Source: the human T2T-CHM13v2.0 reference genome, Homo sapiens
Assembly: GCF_009914755.1 (NCBI RefSeq)
Contig: NC_060925.1
Reading direction: 5' to 3' (one strand)
Length of the DNA: 64,000 nt
Positions 48,341-64,000 of the stretch are shown here, piece by piece. Under the pieces are notes generated by a model. The model had not been told where the DNA came from. It saw only the letters and a list, made by a program, of their open reading frames with translations, and searched no databases. The stretch's first letter is position 1, and every line of letters starts with the position of its first letter. Both the position numbers and the translations under genes were made by a program.

Positions 48341-49244
48341 GATAATGGCCCCTAATGCTTCCCATTTCATAATTTGATCTAATATCTATGATTAAACTGA
48401 GGAGCAGTTTGTGATGAAAGAAAGGGTCTGACTTCATGTTCAAAATTCTGGGAGAAACACCCTCATTATAGTAATCAACCTCATGCATTTAAATAAGTGT
48501 TTCTTAGAGCAAATCTCCACAATTATTTGGGAGCTATGAGCTCAGACTTTGAAATCAGACAGCCCTGGATTTCAAGCTTTAGTTCACCACGTATGTGACT
48601 TGGGCAGATGATTTAAACTTTTTGAGCCTCAGTTTCTTCTTCTCTGTAAAGTGGGCACAACTATTGTCCTATCTCCCAGACTTAAAGGCTTACAAAGAGA
48701 CTGGCATGTACTAAATTCTTTTAAAAATATTAGCAATTGTGATTTCTAATAGTTATTACTTACTAGGCATTATAAGTATTGGGCTCTTAGATGAATGAAA
48801 GATTTCAGAAGTCTCTGCTTATAACAGGGAAATTTATCAAGAGGAAAAGACTCCAACTTAAGTTTCCTTTAGGCTGTTTTTTAGAAGGTTGGATCATTTC
48901 CCTTCCCCCGCCAAAAAAAAAAAAAAAAAAAACACTTGATAAACTTTCAGAAAGAAAGCACAATTGCTTAATTTAAATTTTATCATAGATATTTAAAATA
49001 AAATAGTTTTAGAATAAATTCATTAACTTAGGTCAACATGATACAGAGAAATTATGTTTTAATGAGTTGTAAGTTTATTTTGTAGGACACTGAAACCACT
49101 GTATAATCATTGAAGTCAGTATAAGTAAACCAAATTTTACAGAACTAGGGGCCAGAATTTGCCAATTTTGGGGGTTTATGATTAAATCTTTGTCTTTAAA
49201 TCCCTAAGTAAGTCACACCTCTGATATAATGCTTAAAACATTTA

Positions 49245-49562
<318 letters not shown>

Positions 49563-49620
49563 TCAGACTGCCTGAATTCAAATCCCCAGTAACCTTGCAA
49601 GTGACTTAACCTCCTTGTGC

Positions 49621-49652
<32 letters not shown>

Positions 49653-49954
49653 TTTTTGAGACGGAGTCTGGCTCTGTCACCCAAGGCTGGTGTGCAGTGG
49701 CGCAATCTCAGCTCACTGCAAGCTCCGCCTCCCAGGTTCACACCATTCCCGTGCCTCAGCCTCCTGAGTAGCTGGGACTACCAGTAGCTGGGACTACAGG
49801 CGCCTGCCAACACGCCCGGCTAATTTTTTGTATTTTAGTAGAGACGGGGTTTCACCATGTTAGCCAGGATGGTCTCGATCTCCTGACCTCATGATCTGCC
49901 CGCCTCAGCCTCCCAAAGTGCTGGGATTACAAGCATGAGCCACTGTGCCCGGCC
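49621..49954 (-). mobile_element. AluY with internal 15-bp tandem duplication
   Basis: agtagctgggactac twice (49767-49797); TSD cctccttgtgcttttatttt. Confidence 0.95.
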
Positions 49955-50157
49955 CCCTCCTTGTGCTTTTATTTTCTCAGCTGTAAAATGGGAATAACAG
50001 TACCAGCATCACAGGACTGTTGTGAGAATTAAATAACCAAACACATATAGATGTTGGCTATCATTATTTCTTATTCCTGCGATTCTAAGTTCCCAGTAAG
50101 TAAATGCAATGTGAACAGAAGTAGGATCAGCCTGTCCTGTCAAAAGAAGTATCTCAA

Positions 50158-50973
50158 GATGGGTGCAGTGGCTCACACCTATAATCCCAGCACTTCAAGA
50201 GTCTGAGGTGGGAGGATCGCTTGAGCCCAGGAGTTTGAGACCAGCCTGGGCAACCTGGCAAAACCTGGTCTCTACAAAAAATACATAAATTAGCTGGGCA
50301 TGGTGGTGGGTGCTTATAGTTGTAGCTGTTCAGAGGGGCTGAGCTGGGAGGATCACTTGAGCCCAGGAGGTCAAGGTTGCCATGAGCCAAGATCGCACCA
50401 CTGCACTCCAGCCTCGGGGACAGAGTGAGACCCCATCTCAAAAAAAAGAAAAAAGGTATTTTAGAGTCATAAGTGCCCTAGTGAGCTTGGCACAGGTAGT
50501 GAACTGCTGTCCCAAGAAATGCAGACCAACCATGCTGATAAGGTATCCATTTTATACACATCCTCCCCAGAGCTTAGGGACAAGCCTAGTGAGTCAGCTT
50601 ATTGGATCACACAATCAACTGACTGGTCCCAAGCTTTGAAAAATTAGATTTTCCAAAAGTTCATTTAAAAAATGTAGGCCGGGCGCAGTGGCTCACGCCT
50701 GTAATCCCAGCACTTTGGGAGGCTGAGGCGGGCAGATCACAAGATCAGGAGATGGAGACCATCCTGGCTAACACGGTGAAACCCCGTCTCTACTAAAAAT
50801 ACAAAAATTAGCTGGGCATGGTGGCAGGCGCCTGTAGTCCTAGCTAATTGAGAGGCTGAGGCAGGAGAATGGCATGAACCCAGGAGGCAGAGCTAGCAGT
50901 GAGCCGAGATTGTGCCATTGCACTCCAGCCTGGGTGACAGAGCGAGACTCCATCTCAAAAAAAAAAAAAAAAA
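50158..50973 (+). mobile_element. AluJ (50158-50455) and AluY (50677-50973)
   Basis: Subfamily diagnostics and A tails. Confidence 0.92.
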
Positions 50974-51132
50974 CTTAAAGTAGGCCTCAAGTCTCTTTAC
51001 TACACTCTACCTCTGGGCTGTGGCCTCACTGATGATAGGATGTAAGTGGTCTCAGGCAGTTTTTCGGGTAGTCCTTTTCCGATACTCAGAGACTAAAAAC
51101 ATCTTGATTTTTCCCTCCTTTGTTCCTTTTCA

Positions 51133-51323
<191 letters not shown>

Positions 51324-51459
51324 ACCAATATGCTCTCTTCTTTATCAACACTGAGTATAATATCAGATTCAAAGTTTCAGCTCAGCAGTTGATTGTTAAG
51401 ACTGACTTGAGAGTAGGGAGAAAGGCAGGTGAGAGTTGGGCAGGCCCAACCATGAACCA

Positions 51460-53080
51460 TGTCATTCCACTGCTGAAAAACCTTTGAATGCCTTTCCTAT
51501 GCAAACTTAAGAGGCTTATAAGAATAAAATAGGCCAAGCACGGTAGATGGCCAGGTGCAGTGGCTCACGCCTGTAATCCCAGCACTTTGGGAGGCTGAGG
51601 CAGGCAGATCACCTGAGATCAGGAGTTTGAGACCAGCCTGGCCAACATGGCAAAACCCTGTCTCTACTAAAAATACAAAAATTAGCTGGGCGTGGTGGTG
51701 GGTGCCTGTAATCCCAGCTATTTGGGAGACTGAGGCAGGAGAATCACTTGAACCCAGGAGGCGGAGGAGGTTGCAAGGAGCCGAGATCACACCACTGCAC
51801 TCCACCCTGGGTGACAAGAGCGAAACTCTGTCTCAAAAAAAAAAAAAAAAAAAAAAAGAATAAAATAAACTTAGACCAATCTCTTTTTTAACAGGATATA
51901 AACCCCTAAGATAGGTAGGTCCTCTGAACTACAGGTAGGTCCTCAAACAACCAAGTTCTCTCTTCGCTCTACAACCTCTCATGTGTCTGGGATGCGCTTC
52001 TCCAGCCCTTTACCTGGCTAACTCCTGAGGTCCTTTAAGTTCAGCCTAGATGACACCTCCTCCAGGAAGCATTCCTTAACCTGAGACTGGGTTAGGTGAC
52101 CCTCCTCTGTACTCCTATAACACCTTGTACTTAATCTTATTCTTATTATTTTACCCACTCTGCTCTGCAACTGCCAGTGTATTTATCTGTGTTGCCCCCC
52201 GCAATCATCAGTATCCTGAGGATAGGAACCCACATCTTATTCACCATTATATCCTTAGCCTCTAGCATAGTTCTGGCACATAGTAAATGCTCAATAAGTA
52301 AATATTTGTTGCATATTTAGTGTAGTAGTCTCCTAATTGGTCCTCATGGTTTCGTTTTTCTCCCAATTTCTACACAACAGCTAGAGAAAGCTCAGCACAG
52401 CCTACAAGGCCATGCAGCATTGTGACCCTACCTACCTCACCCACCTCATTTCTACCTGCTTGTGCTCACTGTCTTCCCCAGCCATACGGCCTTTCTTTTT
52501 TTTCTTAGAATTCACTTCACCAGTACCTGTCTTAGGGTAGCTGCACTCGCTGCACCGTTTGTCCAGAGAGCTCTTCCCCTAGTACTTGCCATGGCTGGCT
52601 TCTTCTCCCCGATCAGGAACCCCCGAGAGAGACCTTCCTGGACCATCCTACTTAAAGTAGCAACCCATCCCTTCTCAGTCACTCTATCACAGTATCTTGT
52701 TTTATCTTTTTTTTTTTTTTTTTCTGAGACTAGGTGTGCACCACCGCTCCCAGCTACATTTTGTATTTTTAATAGAGACGGGGTTTCACCATGTTGGCCA
52801 GGCTGGTCTCAAACTCCTGACCTCGGGTGATCTGCCCACCTCAGTCTCCCAAAGTGCTGGGATTACAGGCATGGGCCACCACACCTGGCCATTTTATCAT
52901 CTTTCTAGAACTTATTTCTACCCTGTTTACTTGGTGTTTATCTGTCTCCCCTATGTAGAAAGCAGCACAAAAGCAGGAACCCTGTCTATCCTGTTTACCG
53001 CTTACCCCACATCCAGTACAATGGCTGGCATCTATTCGGTAGGTATGTAATAAATATTCATTGAATGAATTAATGCATGC
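51460..53080 (+). mobile_element. Two L2 3' ends with AluS(+) 51549-51858 and a deleted Alu(-) 52705-52890
   Basis: ctggcacatagtaaatgctcaataa; taataaatattcattgaatgaat terminus. Confidence 0.8.
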
Positions 53081-53094
53081 ATGCCTCATGAATG

Positions 53095-54082
<988 letters not shown>

Positions 54083-54365
54083 TGAATAATTCAATTTCTA
54101 GGAAAAAAAAACACAATGGTATTTACGTTAGAAGGCATCTCAGGGTCTAAACAATTGCTTCCTTCTCTCCTACAAGAATCACTCCAATCTGATAACTTTG
54201 CTATTCTCAAGCATCTCACAGATTCTCACCAGTTTGTGCCCCTCTTTCTGTTCTTTCCTCTGACAAAATAGACCTTCTATCCTTTACCCCAGTCCCTAGT
54301 AAAATTGTATTCTTCTTTCTAGGCCCTGCTCAAACATTTGCCTTCCAGAATTCCCACCCCATCTA

Positions 54366-55191
<826 letters not shown>

Positions 55192-55654
55192 TATTATTTA
55201 GTTCTTTAAATGCCTTCCTTTCCCTCAAGACTGCCAGTTTCTTCTACAGTGAGGTCCACAGCTTTACTCATCTTTTATCTCTCTGAGGCATGAAGAGGAC
55301 AGAGGTGAGCCTGAGCCCAGAAGGTGGCATTTATTTTGCTAAAATTCCAAAGGTTGCTCTCAGATCAGCCAGCATCACAGTGGATTCCTTTGCTTTTATA
55401 TTCTCTTTGAGCCCAAACTAAGCTTCTAATGTGAAAGGGTGGCCCTAAGTTCTGAATATTATCCCCCTCCCCAGCCCCAGGCCTGAGCCTGACTGAGCCC
55501 AAATATAGTGTCCCTTGGGTCTACATATCTCCAAATTGAGGGTGAACTCCCTTCTCTCCCTGGGCTTCTCTGACTGCCATTGCAGTCTCCTCTCCCATTC
55601 CACGACCAGAATGATCTAGGACAGGATCACTACCTCAATCAAACGCTTAAAGAG

Positions 55655-56255
55655 GCAGGCTGGTAGCATAAACGCCTGGGGAGTTAGAGGTAGTGCCATC
55701 TAAAGGCAGAAGCTAGTTATTGCTTGGAGGAGTATGAGCCCAGAACTCCTGTACGTCCCTAGAACATCTGATGTTTCAAGAAAAACCAGAAATCCAGAAC
55801 TTTTTAAAAAATATGAAATCTCCTAATGTTTAAGTATTGGCAACTAATTCAATTTTTTAAAGTTAGGTAGGCCTAATTTTATTTTATTTTATTTTATTTT
55901 ATTTTATTTTATTTTATTTTATTTTTTGAGATGGAGTCTCACTGTGTTGCCCAGGCTGGAGTGCAGTGGCACAATCTTGGCTCACTGCAACCTCCACCTC
56001 CCAGGTTCAAGCAATTCTCTGCCTCAGCCTCCCAAGTAGCTGGGATTACAGGTGCCTGCCACCACGTCCGGCTAATTTTTGTATTTTTAGTAGAGACGGG
56101 GTTTCACCATCTTGGCCAGGTCGGTCCTGACCTTGTGATCTACCCGCCTCGGCCTACCAAAGTGCTGGGATTACAGGCGTGAGCCACTGCGCCCGGCCTA
56201 GATAGGCCCAATTTTAAAACATATGGATAGGCTAAATCTAACCTGTGAGCTGTGG
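55655..56255 (+). mobile_element. MER102-like fossil interrupted by Alu(-) 55876-56198
   Basis: tttcaagaaaaaccagaaatccaga...gaaatctcc...ttggcaactaattcaatt. Confidence 0.7.
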
Positions 56256-56328
56256 TGTTCTTCCCTCCTTTCCGCGTCTGACCACGTTATCTCACTGTTC
56301 TCCACTGGCACTCTATCTCCTTATCTGA

Positions 56329-56643
<315 letters not shown>

Positions 56644-56794
56644 TCAGACTACCTTTTGGCCTTATCTCCTGCCATCTTCCATGAGCCCCTCCCCACTCAT
56701 CCAAATCTAGCTCATATCCCGCAACTTGCCATTCCAGGGACCCACACCAAGTTTTGTAAAGTTTTGTTGTCTTTGCATGTGCTGTTCCTATTGA

Positions 56795-59006
<2,212 letters not shown>

Positions 59007-59929
59007 AGCAGCTCACTTTCTGGTTAGCAGGACAGGCAGGAAAAAAAAAAAAAGATGATTATAATGCAAACATCACACAAGCCTCAGTGGTCTGTGGATT
59101 CAAACAAAGCCACGTGAATGCTAATCATCCCAAGTTCCTGTTCTTGCCCCAGCAAAGTCTCCTTCAAGTATTTCTGGGATTTCTCTAGGGACTTTTCACA
59201 CAAGGCTATCACTGGTCACATCAGCCTTGCTCTGATCCCCTCTGCCCCTACCAAAGGTGCCTACTGTGGGAGTGCCTGATGACCCTGTGGGCAGGACTCA
59301 GACTATTATGAGGGTGGCAAAGGGCAAGCCTCAAAGTGAGTGACTCCTTCAAATCTGCGGGCCCCATGTTCTCTTTCTGCGCTGGAGCAGGCCGGAGAGA
59401 GGAAAAGTTCCATGAAAGGGGAGCTGGGCCCAGAGCAGCACCGCTAATGCCTGCAGTTTGGGTTCTACTGGGGACATGTTGAGTTTGAGGAGCCTCTGAG
59501 ACATCCAGATGAGGATGTCAGGGATGCAATTGGCTTTCTGGATTTGGAATTCAGAAGTTTGAGTTGGAGATCTGAATTCCAGAGCTGTAAACATGGAGGA
59601 AGGAGTACCGGCACAGGACCAAGCTTTGCTGAACTCCCAACATTTAAATGCCCTGGCCCTCCCTCCACCTGGCCACTTCCCAAATACTCAGCTTTCCTAC
59701 CTCATCTGGGCAGTTGGTCAGTCACTCTCTCCTGTGCATACCTATGTGTCTCTGCACAGTCTTCTATTACAACACCTTTCATTCTACATGGCAACTTGAT
59801 TTACATATTTGTCTCCTTGAGAGTAGGGACTTTCTCTTAATGTTGAATTTTGGTCTCCCCATCTCCTTCCCCTTCCCTCCACATATTTGGCACCAAGTAG
59901 GTGTTTAAAATTGAACAAATGAACTACAC

Positions 59930-60939
<1,010 letters not shown>

Positions 60940-60981
60940 ATCTCTGTTTTATCAAGGAGAGGGAAGAGGAGTCTGAGCTAG

Positions 60982-61541
60982 TGTGATGGTTAATTTTCGG
61001 TGTCAACTTCACCGGATTAAGGAATACCCAGAGGACTGATAAAGCATTATTTCTGGGTGTGTCTGTGAGTGTGTTCCCAGAAGAGAGTGGCCTGTGAGTG
61101 GACTGAATGGTACAGATCCGCCCTCAATGTGGGCGGGCGCCAGCTAATGGGCTAGGGCCCAGAATGAACACAAAAGGCAAAGAAGGGATTTCCTGTCTCT
61201 CTTCCTGGAGCTAGGACACTCTTCTTCTCCTGTCCTTAGACATTAGATCCCCATGCTCTTCAGCCCTTGGACTCCAGGACTTACACCAGCAGCCCCTGGG
61301 TTCTCAGGCCTTCATCCTCTAAGCATCACACCACTGGCTTCCTTGGTTCTGAGGATCTCAGATTTGGACTGAGCCACACGACCGGCTTGCCAGGGTCTCC
61401 AGCTTGCAGAAGGCCTCCAATGGGACTTCTCAGCCTCCATAATCATGTGAACCAATTGCCCTCACAAGTCCCCTCTTGAATGTGTACATCTATCTATATA
61501 CTGTATTTATTCTGTCTCTCTAAAGAATCCTGACTAATGCA
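60982..61541 (+). mobile_element. MLT2 (ERVL) solo LTR, MLT2B/C-like, uninterrupted
   Basis: tgtgatggttaatttt...gtcaactt start, gaatcctgactaatgca end; degenerate 5-bp TSD gctag/gcaaa. Confidence 0.92.
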
Positions 61542-61750
61542 GCAAAGCAAAACACTGTGCTCAATCACCCAGCAGGTAAGAGGCAGAGCTACCAACCTCC
61601 ATCTGAACCATTATGCACTGCTGCTGTATCCTATACCATAGTAACTGGATTAAGGGTAGAAGAAACTTGCTCTTTTTGGAACCTCCTCCTCCCCCCAAAA
61701 CAAGCCTAGCTATACTCAGTGAAAATTATACAGATTAGAGAGTAGGACTT

Positions 61751-62139
<389 letters not shown>

Positions 62140-63123
62140 TTACTTCTGTTTATAAGCCCTACTATCAGGAGGTTTACACTGATATTTGTTAATGTTCACA
62201 ATAAGCCTTCAAGGTAGATGGCATTACCCCACTTTATAGAAGAGAAAACTAAGTTTCAGAGGTCTTCCAAATGATACACAGTGAGGACAAGGCATTGCCG
62301 GGTTGTTTGAATTTGCCCCACTCCAACGTTAGTCTTTTCACATGGTTGTTAACCTTCAGGTGGACCTGGGGCAGCATACTGTGGTGAACACAAAATAAAC
62401 TCCAGACTTCTAGGCTTTCAGAGCAGAAATTACTCTTCCCTACCCTGAGAAGGGCCCCCAAAATAGAAGGCTGCTGCATCACTTAGTGGATACATACACC
62501 GCAACCTCAACCACTCTTGGCCTGAGATTACCTTTAGGGTTCTCGCCTGGAAGAAGAGCACATCTCTCCCGCTCAGCCTACTCTCAGGGAAAGCAAGTAA
62601 AGATCTGGCAAGCACCCAGAAAGACTGAGGGTTATTTTTTGTTTTGTTTCCAGTGTTTTTAAAATTGTATATAGTTATGGCTACAACATGTTTTGATATA
62701 CATATGCAGTAACTGTTGATTCTAGTCTAGAAAGGCCATAGATACCACTACCCAGCTCCTTCTCAGACAAACCTTTATCAAAGTTTTATTAGCCTCAGCT
62801 CAAGGGATCTCTATTTGGGCATCTCATTACAGGGCAAGGACGCTTCAGCCATTTGTAACACCACCACTCAAGAAGGATCTTCAAGGGTGGCAGTGGAAAT
62901 GAGTTGCAAAGGAACTGTAAATTCTCCTTGCCCCTTCCCCCCTCTTCATGCAGTTGCTCTCTCAACCCACCTATTCCTTCAAGTCTGACACTGGATTACT
63001 CCCATTCCCTGAACACATTTCCCACGTTCTCATCTCTGCTCATTTATTCCACTTCCCTTTGCCTGGAACTTATTCTTCCTTGGCCAAAATCTATCTTCTG
63101 CATTGAACTCCAACAGCACTTAA

Positions 63124-63927
<804 letters not shown>

Positions 63928-64000
63928 TATATTTTATATTATATATATATAATTTATGTAGATACGTGTTTTGTTTTCATTTCTGTGGGTAATTTGGAAA

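Noticed and set aside
47630-48530. AT-rich unique-looking sequence around an Alu, considered as exon or ancient LINE coding remnant
   Set aside because: The frames I translated are interrupted by stops or match nothing I recognise, and there are no convincing splice signals.
48913-48933. Orphan A21 run as a retro-insertion
   Set aside because: No upstream element body, poly(A) signal or TSD; simple slippage is sufficient.
51913-51944. Short direct repeats (aggtaggtcctc twice; similar at 57422-57454, 49767-49797 and 11054-11100)
   Set aside because: Ordinary microduplications with no sign of function.

Overview
Primate (human-like) nuclear DNA, apparently intronic or intergenic, and extremely Alu-rich: about 100 Alu elements or fragments counted by eye, roughly 40-45% of the window. 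The Alus are inserted into an older layer of L1M, L2, MIR, MaLR/ERVL LTRs, an ERVL pol/dUTPase remnant and DNA transposon fossils (MER102, MARNA, Charlie-like). I recognise no protein-coding exon, CpG island, tRNA, rRNA or CRISPR array, and I cannot name the locus. Nearly all listed ORFs are Alu or L1 translation artefacts. I found no convincing new biological system. The best signals are molecular scars. (1) Two locally templated insertions, at 4618-4764 and 51146-51323. (2) An L1-mobilised, polyadenylated copy of only the R region of an ERV1 LTR, with a target-site duplication (TSD), at 15121-15267. (3) Three Alus of different ages inserted successively at one L1-endonuclease site at 43577-44524, plus three smaller cases. 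(4) A truncated Y3 RNA retrocopy. (5) Internally eroded Alus beside inverted partners. A few repeat-free islands carry TF-motif clusters (X-box, ATF4 CARE, NF-kB, octamer) and are candidate regulatory elements. Coordinates were read by eye (about +/-10 bp for young repeats, more for ancient ones). Subfamily calls come from remembered diagnostic positions and are approximate.
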